Origin: an uncultured virus (IMG/VR IMGVR_UViG_3300029309_000020)
Lineage: Duplodnaviria > Heunggongvirae > Uroviricota > Caudoviricetes
Virus record (IMG/VR): IMGVR_UViG_3300029309_000020
DNA length: 64,000 bases
Reading direction: 5' to 3' (one strand)
Positions 1 to 9,763 of the stretch are shown here, one piece after another; positions within the stretch are counted from its first letter, which is position 1; every line of letters starts with the position of its first letter. The notes below the pieces were generated by a model that was not told the DNA's origin, searched no databases, and saw only the letters and a list, made by a program, of their open reading frames with translations. The position numbers were made by a program, and so were the translations under genes.

Positions 1-1
1 A

Positions 2-3000
2 GCAATAAATGTAATATATGATTATAGCGGTACTGCATCTAACATAACTTATGCTACAGGTAAATTTGGAAAAGCTGCAGTATATAATGGAAGTAATTCT
101 AATATTACTTTACCCACAGGCCTTGGCTCTAATGGAGATAGATCAAGATCCTTTTGGATAAATGTAGATAATCTTACTAATGCTGTTAACATATTTTATT
201 TAGGTAATTCAAGCAGTAATGCTTATTATGAAACTTGTAGCGTGCAAACTAACGGTAAAATAAGATATCAAGAAAGGCATGATACTAGCACTAACTCGGT
301 TTCTATAGATTCATCATCCTCAATAGTTGCAGGAACTTGGTATAATATTGTATATGTTTTTTCAGGTAGCGTAAGAACTCTATATATAAATGGGGTTCAA
401 GAAGCTCAAACTACCAGTAGTTATACTACTGTAAATAATACGTCGTATCCAGGATTTATAGGCTCCTTTAGAAACGCTATAACTAATACTGATGGACTTA
501 TTGACCAAGTACGAATGTTTAATAAAGCACTAAGCCCGGGAGAAGTAAATAGTCTTTATAATGAGACCACAACTACAGCAGCACTGGGTACTATATCTAA
601 CCCATCTACTATTGCATATTATAAAATGCAGGATAATACAGATGAAACTGGTTCTTATAATGCAACAACAACAAATAATGTAGATTTTAATGTTGAAGGC
701 AAATATGGTTTTGCTGGCAAATTTAACGGAACCAACTCTTACATGACTACGGGTCTCACTTGGCCCGGAGGAACGCAGCTTAGCTGGTCAGGTTGGGTAA
801 AAACTTCAAATACAAAAAATACGTATATTTTTGGAGATTTTAATGCTGGGGGTGCAAATGCAACTCATAGGTTTTCAATTAGAATATACAGTCAGAATCT
901 TCAAGCATCTGTAAATGATGCAGGAGGTGGCTTAGGCACAAATACAACCTTTGGTACATTTGCACATTACGGAGAATGGGCACATTTAGCTATTATTGTT
1001 AACGGCACAACTATAAAAGCATATGTTAACGGCTCTCAATTAGGCTCAACAGGCACAACTTCTGAATCTTTAGTAGCTGGTGTTAATGCTTTTGTATTAG
1101 GAAATTATGGAGCAACAACTGGTGCCGCACAACAATTTGACGGAACAATAGATCAAGTAAGGATATTCAACAAAGCGATTAGTGCAGATGAAGTTACAAA
1201 ACTTTATAATGAAATACAATGCGCTAATGCTATAACAACTCCTGAAAGTTATTTTAATACAAGATTATGGACAGGTGATGGAAATGCTCGGTCTATAACT
1301 GATATTGGTTTTAATCCTGATTTTGTTTGGATAAAAAAGAGAGCTAATGATACTAAAGATCATAGGTTATTTGATACTATTAGAGGTGCTAATAAGGTAA
1401 TATATTCAAGCAGAGATTTGGCTCAAGGTACACCAACAAATGAATTAACTGCTTTTGTTACTGGTGGATTTTCTCTTGGGAATGCAAGTGCTGTAAATGA
1501 TGCCGCAAGTGATACTTATGTATCATGGAATTGGAAATCAGCTTCATCTAATACAATTAATAATGATGGAACTATACAAAGTACAGTAAGGGCATCACAA
1601 GAATCTGGATTTAGTATTGTTACATATAGCCCTAATAACACAGTAGGCATGTCTATTGGGCATGGGTTGAGTAAGGCTCCCTCGTTAGTAATAACTAAAA
1701 GATTAGATACAACTCAAGACTGGGGAGTTTATACTAATGTATCTACAGGTAATACTACAACTAATTGGTTATCTTTTAATGATTACGATGCTTACGGTTC
1801 TGGTAGCTTTATGACTTTAAAGCCTACTACTTTAGAACTCTCCCAAACAGGTGCTTTTTGGGGCAATGGAGGAAATCAAGTTGCTTATTGTTTTGCAAAC
1901 GTAGACGGTTATCAACGTATAGGTTCTTATGTTGGGAACGGTTCAACTAATGGACCTTTTGTTTATACAGGATTTGAACCAGCATGGCTAATGGTTAAAA
2001 GAACAGATGCAAATGGTAATTCTTGGGCTATATTTGATAATAAAAGAGTTGAAAGTAATGGTGACCAATCTGTTCTTTTTGTTGATACAAGTTCAACAGA
2101 GAGTGATTATGATATAGATTTTGCTACTAACGGATTTATAATAAAAGCAACCACCACTAATGTTAACGCAAACGGAGGTAGCTATATATTCATGGCTATA
2201 GCTGCTAACCCAGATACTACAGCGCCAACTAAAGTTAATAGTTTTAAAGCTAAAATATATCCAGGTGATGGGGGTACTCAGTCTTTTACTGACATTGGTT
2301 TTAAGCCTGATTTTATTTGGATTAAAGAAAGAACAAATGCATCTGCTCACGCATTATATGATTCAGTTAGAGGTAAACAAAGTGTATTGCTTTCAAACGG
2401 AACTAATGCTGCTACGGATCAATCTTCTGATTTAGGATTAGAATCTTTTGATGAAAATGGCTTTACTGTTGATTACCCAAATTCGGGGGATTTTTATATA
2501 AATAGAAGCAGTAAAACTTATGTAGCTTGGAGCTGGAAAGCTGGAGACCATGATAGAAATTTAGCTTCTATAAATAATGACGGTAGTATTACAAGCTTAG
2601 TTAGTGCAAATCCTGAAGCTGGATTTTCAATAGTAAGAAATTTCGGTACGTCTAATTATTCTGATACTATTGGACATGGATTGAGCCAGCCTCCTGAGAT
2701 AGTAATTCAAAAAGGCTTAAGTCATAGTGTTGATTGGTATGTATTATTTAATATAAATGGTACAGGCGGTTGGGATTATGGAAAATTAAATAAGACTGAT
2801 CAATTTTTGGCAGACAGCCCTGTAAGATTTTCAACAAATTCTACTACAATAAATAACTGGGGGTGGACTAACTACGATATGATCAATTACTGTTGGCACT
2901 CAGTGGCAGGATATAGTAAGATAGGTACTTATGATGGTGGTACAAATGGAAAACAATTACCAACAGGGTTTAAAGCGTCTTGGATAATGATAAAAAAATA

Positions 3001-3205
3001 TTCAAGTGGAACGGGACGTATATGGTATATCTACGATGATCAGAGAGACGGTGTTAATGATAATGCATTATTTGCAAATCTTAATAATGCTGAATCGTCA
3101 GGAACTAATTTTATCGATTTTAACGACACTAACATACAGATTAACGCAACAGGTGATGGTGTTAATGGCTCAGGAAGTAGCTACTTATATATGGCATTTA
3201 AATAA
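2..3205 (+). CDS. Tail fibre / receptor-binding protein with LamG (concanavalin A-like) repeats and two C-terminal repeat domains; 5'-truncated by the window edge
   Basis: Frame is open from position 2, upstream of the GTG at 242. LamG motifs (WYNIVYV..TLYING, IDQVRMFNKALS, IDQVRIFNKAIS) are followed by two copies of a 'GF.PDFVWIK.R...H.LFD..RG' domain. Confidence 0.85.
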   Translation, partial: AINVIYDYSGTASNITYATGKFGKAAVYNGSNSNITLPTGLGSNGDRSRSFWINVDNLTNAVNIFYLGNSSSNAYYETCSVQTNGKIRYQERHDTSTNSVSIDSSSSIVAGTWYNIVYVFSGSVRTLYINGVQEAQTTSSYTTVNNTSYPGFIGSFRNAITNTDGLIDQVRMFNKALSPGEVNSLYNETTTTAALGTISNPSTIAYYKMQDNTDETGSYNATTTNNVDFNVEGKYGFAGKFNGTNSYMTTGLTWPGGTQLSWSGWVKTSNTKNTYIFGDFNAGGANATHRFSIRIYSQNLQASVNDAGGGLGTNTTFGTFAHYGEWAHLAIIVNGTTIKAYVNGSQLGSTGTTSESLVAGVNAFVLGNYGATTGAAQQFDGTIDQVRIFNKAISADEVTKLYNEIQCANAITTPESYFNTRLWTGDGNARSITDIGFNPDFVWIKKRANDTKDHRLFDTIRGANKVIYSSRDLAQGTPTNELTAFVTGGFSLGNASAVNDAASDTYVSWNWKSASSNTINNDGTIQSTVRASQESGFSIVTYSPNNTVGMSIGHGLSKAPSLVITKRLDTTQDWGVYTNVSTGNTTTNWLSFNDYDAYGSGSFMTLKPTTLELSQTGAFWGNGGNQVAYCFANVDGYQRIGSYVGNGSTNGPFVYTGFEPAWLMVKRTDANGNSWAIFDNKRVESNGDQSVLFVDTSSTESDYDIDFATNGFIIKATTTNVNANGGSYIFMAIAANPDTTAPTKVNSFKAKIYPGDGGTQSFTDIGFKPDFIWIKERTNASAHALYDSVRGKQSVLLSNGTNAATDQSSDLGLESFDENGFTVDYPNSGDFYINRSSKTYVAWSWKAGDHDRNLASINNDGSITSLVSANPEAGFSIVRNFGTSNYSDTIGHGLSQPPEIVIQKGLSHSVDWYVLFNINGTGGWDYGKLNKTDQFLADSPVRFSTNSTTINNWGWTNYDMINYCWHSVAGYSKIGTYDGGTNGKQLPTGFKASWIMIKKYSSGTGRIWYIYDDQRDGVNDNALFANLNNAESSGTNFIDFNDTNIQINATGDGVNGSGSSYLYMAFK

Positions 3206-3213
3206 AATTAAAT

Positions 3214-3627
3214 ATGGCTAAAAAACGTTTTAAAGATACCGGCGTTGGGAAATTCTTATTAGAAAAAATTCCCAACGTCGTTGGTGCAATTGCAGGTGAT
3301 ACACCTGTAGGCTCTGTAATACAAGCTATTATAGGCGGTTCTGATATGTCAGAAGCTGATAAAAAAATTGCACTTAAAAAATTAGATATTGAGAGAGCTG
3401 AAATAGACGGCACAACAAGGCGCTGGGTTGCAGATGCAACCTCAGGGTCGTGGCTTGCGGCTAACGTTAGGCCTTTAACATTAGTGTTTTTAACAATAAG
3501 TTATGTAGCAGGATGGTATATGGGGTATCCATTAGATTCAATTACAGGTTTACTTACTATTGTTATTGGTGGCTATTTCGGTTCACGAGGGGTAGAAAAA
3601 GTATTTGGAAATAGTAAACATAAATAA
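3214..3627 (+). CDS. Putative holin (3TM-holin-like)
   Basis: RW..D..S..W....VRPL motif, two hydrophobic helices, GGYFGSRGVEK C-terminus; lies upstream of the endolysin. Confidence 0.65.
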   Translation: MAKKRFKDTGVGKFLLEKIPNVVGAIAGDTPVGSVIQAIIGGSDMSEADKKIALKKLDIERAEIDGTTRRWVADATSGSWLAANVRPLTLVFLTISYVAGWYMGYPLDSITGLLTIVIGGYFGSRGVEKVFGNSKHK

Positions 3628-3629
3628 AA

Positions 3630-3779
3630 ATGCAAGACTTAAAAATATACGGAATTTCTGTAAGCGGAATAACATTTTCTTTCCTTCCAGATATAAACCC
3701 AACATTACAGACGGTAGTATTATTATTAACTATTGTTTATACTCTTATTGGCATTAAACAAAAATTAAAAAATAAATGA
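3630..3779 (+). CDS. Small membrane protein (49 aa), holin/antiholin-like
   Basis: Hand-translated MQDLKIYGISVSGITFSFLPDINPTLQTVVLLLTIVYTLIGIKQKLKNK; ATGA overlap with the endolysin start. Confidence 0.6.
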   Translation: MQDLKIYGISVSGITFSFLPDINPTLQTVVLLLTIVYTLIGIKQKLKNK

Positions 3780-4120
3780 AATATTTTAATCCATCTGAAT
3801 TTAGTAACTTTGAAATGATGGACGATAAGCTTCTTGAAATGCTAGATAAACTTAGAGAGGCTTATGGAAGTCCTATAAAATTAACCTCAACTTACAGAAG
3901 CCCAGATCATCCAATAGAAGTAAAAAAGAAATCACCAGGAGAGCACGCATATGGAGCCGCTGTTGATATTGCTTCTGTAGGAGGTGAGGCTACTTTTAAA
4001 TTAGTTAAAGCTGCAATAGAAGTTGGGTTTACAAGAATAGGTGTAAGTAGAAAAAATAATTTTGTGCACGTTGGTATTGGATACCCTGATGCACCCCCTA
4101 TAACCCTTTGGACATACTAA
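3776..4120 (+). CDS. Endolysin, peptidase M15 family
   Basis: S.YR...H, H..G.AVD and FVHV zinc-ligand motifs of M15A peptidases. Confidence 0.85.
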   Translation: MKYFNPSEFSNFEMMDDKLLEMLDKLREAYGSPIKLTSTYRSPDHPIEVKKKSPGEHAYGAAVDIASVGGEATFKLVKAAIEVGFTRIGVSRKNNFVHVGIGYPDAPPITLWTY

Positions 4121-4121
4121 A

Positions 4122-4340
4122 ATGAAATTAATTAGAAAAATATCTATTGGCCAAGATTATAAAAATGAAGCTATGCACTATTCGGTAGGGCAAGAAGTTT
4201 ATGGTGGTCATACAATTTGCGACATAATAGAAAAAGAAGAAGGCTATTCAATTTACATTGAAAAAGACGGTGCTCAATTACCGTGGAAACATTTTAATAA
4301 AAACATGGCCGTTTCAATTGAATACAATTTAGACTATTAA
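4122..4340 (+). CDS. Hypothetical phage protein
   Basis: 72-aa ORF tightly packed in the operon (TAATG overlap with the next gene). Confidence 0.7.
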   Translation: MKLIRKISIGQDYKNEAMHYSVGQEVYGGHTICDIIEKEEGYSIYIEKDGAQLPWKHFNKNMAVSIEYNLDY

Positions 4341-4918
4341 TGAGATCCTTATATAATTATATTATATTCACAAAAGATCGTTACGATAATAAAAAAGACA
4401 TAGAAGGCAAAGAGCTTATATTAAATACAGAAATAACCGAAAGAGATTACCATTTTGTAAATAGAGTAGGTAGAGTTGTTAGTACGCCTATTAACTTAAA
4501 AACACCTATACAGTCAGGTGATGATGTAATTCTTCATCATAATGTTTTTAGAAGATGGTTTGATGTAAGAGGTAATGAAAGAAACTCTGGAAGTTTTATA
4601 AGCGATACAACCTTTACAGTTTATCACGATCAAATATTTGCATATAAAAAAAACAAAAAATGGCAAGCTTTACCAGAATTTTGCTTTGTTGCTCCTATAG
4701 AACAAGATTCAAAATGGAGCGTTTTAGCGGAAAAAGAATTAGTTGGTGAACTTGTGTATAGCAACGAGTATTTAAACTCGTTAGGAGTCGCCGAAGGAGA
4801 CGTGGTAGGCTTTACACCTGCATCTGAATACGAATTTAATATAGAGGGTAGAAAATTATATAGAATTAAATCAAACGATATAAATATTAAATATGGACAG
4901 ACGCAAAAAAATAATTGA
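4340..4918 (+). CDS. Tandem GroES-like (Cpn10-fold) protein
   Basis: Two GroES-like halves: GRVVSTP...IQSGDDVI and GELVY...VAEGDVVGF...EYEFNIEGRKLYRIKSNDI. Confidence 0.6.
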   Translation: MRSLYNYIIFTKDRYDNKKDIEGKELILNTEITERDYHFVNRVGRVVSTPINLKTPIQSGDDVILHHNVFRRWFDVRGNERNSGSFISDTTFTVYHDQIFAYKKNKKWQALPEFCFVAPIEQDSKWSVLAEKELVGELVYSNEYLNSLGVAEGDVVGFTPASEYEFNIEGRKLYRIKSNDINIKYGQTQKNN

Positions 4919-5141
4919 AGCGGCTGAAAAAGCTTTAATTGAATTAGATAAAGTTATAAGACAAAAAATTGATTTAGCAGATTTAGATCCAGAAAAAGCA
5001 AAAATTGCAGCGCAAGCAAAATGGGCCGCAATAGAAGATTCTTTTAAGATAATAGATAAAATAGAACAGGTAGACGAAACAAAAAAAGATACAGAAAAAG
5101 AATCTATAAAATTTTTAGGAGTTGAAAATCGAGTTAAATAA
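4893..5141 (+). CDS. Putative terminase small subunit
   Basis: 82-aa helical protein immediately upstream of terL; positional inference. Confidence 0.45.
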   Translation: MDRRKKIIEAAEKALIELDKVIRQKIDLADLDPEKAKIAAQAKWAAIEDSFKIIDKIEQVDETKKDTEKESIKFLGVENRVK

Positions 5142-7375
5142 TGTATAAACAAACGCTATATAATTTAATTACAGACCATATTAACACTAAAGAGGTTAAA
5201 AAAAATAACCGATATAAGAAATATAATTACGGATACAATAAAGATTTAGATTGTGTAGTAATTAGTAAAAATGGAACTATTGGTGATATATATGAGATTC
5301 AAGGTCTTAGAATAGCTATACCATTACCAGAAAAAAATATAGACGGTAATGATATTAAAAAAGAAAAACAAGTTTTTAGAAGAAGACAAAAACCTTCTTC
5401 ATTAAAAAAAATAAGATCTATTCACGAGTTTAAAAGTTTACCTGATGATATTAAAGAAGAATATTACGATTATATTGATACTGAGTTTAATAGGCGCAAT
5501 GATGGTTACTGGTTCATGTGCAACGGTCAACCGTGTTATATTACAGGATCGCATTATATGTACCTTAACTGGACCAAAATCGATATTGGAGCTCCAGACT
5601 TTAGACAATCAAACAAATTATTTTTTTATTTCTGGGAGGCTTGCAAAGCAGACGAAAGATGTTATGGAATGTGCTATCTCAAAAACAGACGGTCTGGGTT
5701 TAGCTTCATGGCATCATCAGAAACTGTTAACTTGGCTACAGCATCAAGAGATTCAAGATTCGGTATATTATCAAAATCAGGTGGGGATGCTAAAAAAATG
5801 TTTACCGATAAAGTAGTTCCAATATCGTCAAACTATCCATTCTTTTTTAAGCCGATACAGGATGGAATGGATAAACCTAAAACAGAATTATCCTATAGAG
5901 TACCTGCTTCTAAACTTACTAGAAATAGCTTTAAAGTAAAAACTGAGGAATCAGAAGAAGGATTAGATACCACTATAGACTGGAAAAATACAGGGGATAA
6001 CTCGTATGATGGAGAAAAACTAAAATTATTAGTTCACGATGAATCTGGTAAATGGGATAAACCTGATAATATATTAAATAACTGGCGCGTTACAAAAACT
6101 TGTTTACGATTAGGGGCTAGAGTAGTTGGAAAATGTTTAATGGGATCTACTTCAAATTCTTTAGATAAAGGAGGCGAAAATTTTAAAAAGCTTTATGACG
6201 ACTCAGATCTTACAAAAACAAAAAGAAATCGCAATGGGCAGACTTCTAGTGGATTATATGCTTTGTTCATACCTATGGAATGGAACTACGAAGGATTCAT
6301 TAATAAATATGGATTTCCTGTCTTCGATACTCCAGAAGAAAAAGTCGAAGCAATTGACGGAACGTTTATCTATGATGGAGTTATCGAGCATTGGGAGAAT
6401 GAAGCAGATGGGCTTAAAGATAACCCGGACGCATTAAATGAATTTTATAGGCAATTTCCAAAAACAGAACAGCACGCTTTCAGAGATGAAACGAAAGAAT
6501 CTATATTTAACTTAACAAAAATATACGAACAAATTGATTATAACGAAGAATTAGTATTAAAAGGTTATATAACAAGAGGTTCTTTTCAGTGGAAAAACGG
6601 TATAAAAGATACAACGGTTGAATGGCATCCAAATCCGCAAGGAAGGTTTAAACTTTCTTGGATTCCACCTGTTGCAATGCAGAATGTTATAGAGTTTAAA
6701 AACGGTATTAAATTCCCTGGTAATCCTGATTTTGGATGCTTTGGGTGTGATAGTTATGATATTAGTGGAACAGTCGATGGTGGTGGATCTAATGGTGCTT
6801 TACATGGTTTAACTGCGTTTAATATGCATGAAGATGTTCCTAGTACACATTTTTTCTTAGAATATGTTGCTAGGCCGCAAACAGCAGAGATATTTTTTGA
6901 AGATGTTTTAATGGCTATCGTTTTTTATGGTATGCCTATTCTTGCAGAAAATAACAAACCTAGATTATTATATTATTTAAAAAGAAGAGGGTATAGAGGT
7001 TACTCAATGAACAGGCCCGATAAATTATTTAATAAGTTATCTATTACAGAAAAAGAGTTAGGTGGAATTCCAAATAGCTCGGAAGATATAAGACAAGCGC
7101 ATGCATCTGCTATAGAATCTTATATAGAAAACTATGTAGGAAGATCTGAAGATGGTGAATATGGCAATATGTATTTTCAAAGAACTTTACAAGATTGGTC
7201 GAAGTTCAATATTAATAGTAGAACAAAATATGATGCGTCAATTAGCAGTGGATTAGCTATAATGGCTTGTCAAAAACATTTATATGCGCCAAGAAGCGCA
7301 AGAGAAAAAAAGAAAATAGATTTTGGATTTTCAAAATATAATAATTCAGGATTAAAAAGTAAAATAATACAATAA
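5141..7375 (+). CDS. terL: Terminase large subunit
   Basis: Walker-A-like KNRRSGFS, Walker B LLVHDESGK, MGST coupling motif, nuclease GCDSYD...KYDA. Confidence 0.92.
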   Translation: MYKQTLYNLITDHINTKEVKKNNRYKKYNYGYNKDLDCVVISKNGTIGDIYEIQGLRIAIPLPEKNIDGNDIKKEKQVFRRRQKPSSLKKIRSIHEFKSLPDDIKEEYYDYIDTEFNRRNDGYWFMCNGQPCYITGSHYMYLNWTKIDIGAPDFRQSNKLFFYFWEACKADERCYGMCYLKNRRSGFSFMASSETVNLATASRDSRFGILSKSGGDAKKMFTDKVVPISSNYPFFFKPIQDGMDKPKTELSYRVPASKLTRNSFKVKTEESEEGLDTTIDWKNTGDNSYDGEKLKLLVHDESGKWDKPDNILNNWRVTKTCLRLGARVVGKCLMGSTSNSLDKGGENFKKLYDDSDLTKTKRNRNGQTSSGLYALFIPMEWNYEGFINKYGFPVFDTPEEKVEAIDGTFIYDGVIEHWENEADGLKDNPDALNEFYRQFPKTEQHAFRDETKESIFNLTKIYEQIDYNEELVLKGYITRGSFQWKNGIKDTTVEWHPNPQGRFKLSWIPPVAMQNVIEFKNGIKFPGNPDFGCFGCDSYDISGTVDGGGSNGALHGLTAFNMHEDVPSTHFFLEYVARPQTAEIFFEDVLMAIVFYGMPILAENNKPRLLYYLKRRGYRGYSMNRPDKLFNKLSITEKELGGIPNSSEDIRQAHASAIESYIENYVGRSEDGEYGNMYFQRTLQDWSKFNINSRTKYDASISSGLAIMACQKHLYAPRSAREKKKIDFGFSKYNNSGLKSKIIQ
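5445..5816 (+). CDS. Candidate overprinted lipoprotein in the +1 frame of terL
   Basis: MILKK + hydrophobic h-region + VTGSC lipobox; TAAAA 10-14 nt upstream; host codons locally shifted toward C-ending. Confidence 0.45.
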   Translation: MILKKNITIILILSLIGAMMVTGSCATVNRVILQDRIICTLTGPKSILELQTLDNQTNYFFISGRLAKQTKDVMECAISKTDGLGLASWHHQKLLTWLQHQEIQDSVYYQNQVGMLKKCLPIK

Positions 7376-7378
7376 AAG

Positions 7379-9733
7379 ATGGCAGAAGCTACAGGACAAA
7401 TTACCCAATTTCCCAGCCAATCCGTAAGTGACGCAGAAAAAGCTAGCGAAACGTATGGAATGGAAGTGGCCAGAGGTATTCAAAACGAGTGGTTTAGAAA
7501 AAACTCCGGGACGGGTAGATTTTTACAGAATCAACGTGAGTATCATAGATTAAAATTATATGCACGCGGCGAGCAATCTGTTCAAAAATATAAAGATGAA
7601 TTTTCTGTTAATGGAGATTTATCGTATTTGAATTTAGATTGGAAGCCTGTTCCTATAATACCAAAGTTTGTTGACATTGTTGTTAATGGCATGCAAGACA
7701 GATTATTTACTGTTAAAGCATTTGCACAAGACCCAACTTCTGTTAAAGAAAGAACTAACTTTGTTGAAATGGTAATGGAGGATATGAATACCCAAGATTT
7801 AATTTCAACTATAGATGAACAATTAGGTGTTGATGTTAGAAATGTAAAACAACAAGATTTACCATCAAGCCCAGAAGAGCTAGAACTTCACATGCAGATT
7901 GGCTATAAACCATCTATTGAATTAGCTCACGAGCAAGCTATTGATAATGTTTTTAAAAGAAATGATTATCCTGAAATAAAAAAACGATTAGACTACGACC
8001 AAACTGTATTAGGTATTGCTGCTGCCAAGCATACTTTTAATAACACGGACGGTATAAAATTAGAATATGTAGATCCTGCTAACTTAATATACTCATATAC
8101 TGAAGATCCTAATTTTGATGACGTATATTATTTTGGCGAAGTAAAACAAGTAAAATCTAACGAACTTAAAAAACAATTTCCAAATTTTTCTGATGAAGAG
8201 TTTGAACAAATAATAAAACAATCATCTAACTACAATAATTACGACTACGTAAATAACGATTCTAGTGACCAGACGGATAGTAATACTTTAACAGTGTTAT
8301 ATTTTAATTGGAAAACATGGGAAAATAGTGTTTTTAAAATAAAAGAAACCGCAAGCGGCGCTAAAAAAGCAATTAAAAAAGATGATACTTTTAATCCGCC
8401 TAAAGATCAAAGATCGAGGTTTGAAAAAGTAGCGCAAGCAAGAGAAGTAGTTTATGAAGGTGTTATGGTACTAGGGGCTAATAGACTTCTTAAATGGCAA
8501 AAGGCTTCTAATATGGTTCGTCCTGATTCTAATGTTAATCAGGTAATGATGAATTATGTTGTAAGCGCGCCTAGAATGTATAAAGGTAAAATTGAAAGTT
8601 TAGTAGGAAGAATGATAACTTATGCTGACTTAATTCAATTAACACATTTAAAATTACAACAGGTAATACAAAGAATGACGCCTTCGGGTGTTTATGTTGA
8701 TGCTGATGGTCTTGCAGAAGTTGATTTAGGTAATGGTACTAATTATAATCCTCAAGAAGCGTTAAATTTATATTTTCAAACAGGTTCTATTATAGGTAGA
8801 TCAATGACTGTTGACGGAGATATGAATAGCGGTAAAGTACCAATTCAAGAGTTACCCGGAGGCGGCGGTCAACAAAGCCAATTACTTATACAAGCATATA
8901 ACTATTATATGCAAATGCTTAGAGATGTAACTGGATTGAATGAAGCAAGAGATGGCACAGATCCGGATCCTTACGCTTTGGTAGGTGTGCAAAAATTAGC
9001 AGCAGCAAATTCAAATACTGCAACAAGACATATATTACATAGTTCTTTATATATAACAACTACATTAGCAGAAGCAATATCTATAAGAATAAAAGACGTT
9101 TTAGAATTCCATCCGCAAAGAGATGCAATGATTGGTGGTATAGGTAGATTTAGTGTAGGAGCATTGAAAGAAATGAGTACGCTACATTTACATGATTTTG
9201 GCATATTTCTAGAATTAGATCCTGATGAAGATGAAAAACAACTTGTTGAAAACAACATACAAGCAGCACTATCAAGAGATCAAATATTTTTAGAAGACGT
9301 TATTGATATAAGACAAATAAAAAACATAAAGTTAGCTAATCAATTATTAAAATATAGAAGAGGCAAAAAAGAAGCAATGGATCAAATGAAAGCAGAAAGA
9401 AACATTGCTGCTCAATCACAAGCTAACGCACAAGCAGCCCAAGCTGCTGAGCTTGCTAAAGCGCAGGCTGAAAATATTAAAGTAGAATCTAAAGGTAAGC
9501 TAGCACAGTTACAATCACAATTAGAACTTGCTAAGTTAGAAAAAGAAGCTGCAACTAAAAGGGAACTTATGCAATATGAGTTTGATTTAAATGTTAAGCT
9601 AAAAGAAATGGAACTAGATGCAAAAAAAGATATGCAGAAAGCTCCTTCAAACCCAGAGCCTAAAAAAGGCTTTGAATCTTCTGGTAATGATGTACTAGGG
9701 GGTATTGATTTAAGCAGGTTTGAACCAAGATAA
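7379..9733 (+). CDS. Portal protein
   Basis: 784 aa, follows terL; LNLDWKPVPIIPKFVDIVVNG and TGLNEARDG motifs; C-terminal coiled coil. Confidence 0.88.
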   Translation: MAEATGQITQFPSQSVSDAEKASETYGMEVARGIQNEWFRKNSGTGRFLQNQREYHRLKLYARGEQSVQKYKDEFSVNGDLSYLNLDWKPVPIIPKFVDIVVNGMQDRLFTVKAFAQDPTSVKERTNFVEMVMEDMNTQDLISTIDEQLGVDVRNVKQQDLPSSPEELELHMQIGYKPSIELAHEQAIDNVFKRNDYPEIKKRLDYDQTVLGIAAAKHTFNNTDGIKLEYVDPANLIYSYTEDPNFDDVYYFGEVKQVKSNELKKQFPNFSDEEFEQIIKQSSNYNNYDYVNNDSSDQTDSNTLTVLYFNWKTWENSVFKIKETASGAKKAIKKDDTFNPPKDQRSRFEKVAQAREVVYEGVMVLGANRLLKWQKASNMVRPDSNVNQVMMNYVVSAPRMYKGKIESLVGRMITYADLIQLTHLKLQQVIQRMTPSGVYVDADGLAEVDLGNGTNYNPQEALNLYFQTGSIIGRSMTVDGDMNSGKVPIQELPGGGGQQSQLLIQAYNYYMQMLRDVTGLNEARDGTDPDPYALVGVQKLAAANSNTATRHILHSSLYITTTLAEAISIRIKDVLEFHPQRDAMIGGIGRFSVGALKEMSTLHLHDFGIFLELDPDEDEKQLVENNIQAALSRDQIFLEDVIDIRQIKNIKLANQLLKYRRGKKEAMDQMKAERNIAAQSQANAQAAQAAELAKAQAENIKVESKGKLAQLQSQLELAKLEKEAATKRELMQYEFDLNVKLKEMELDAKKDMQKAPSNPEPKKGFESSGNDVLGGIDLSRFEPR

Positions 9734-9763
9734 TTTTTACAAACTATTATATATTATTAAATT

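Noticed and set aside
1240..3205. Diversity-generating retroelement template/variable repeat pair in the fibre gene
   Set aside because: The repeats are diverged protein-domain duplications, not adenine-specific variants, and no reverse transcriptase is present.
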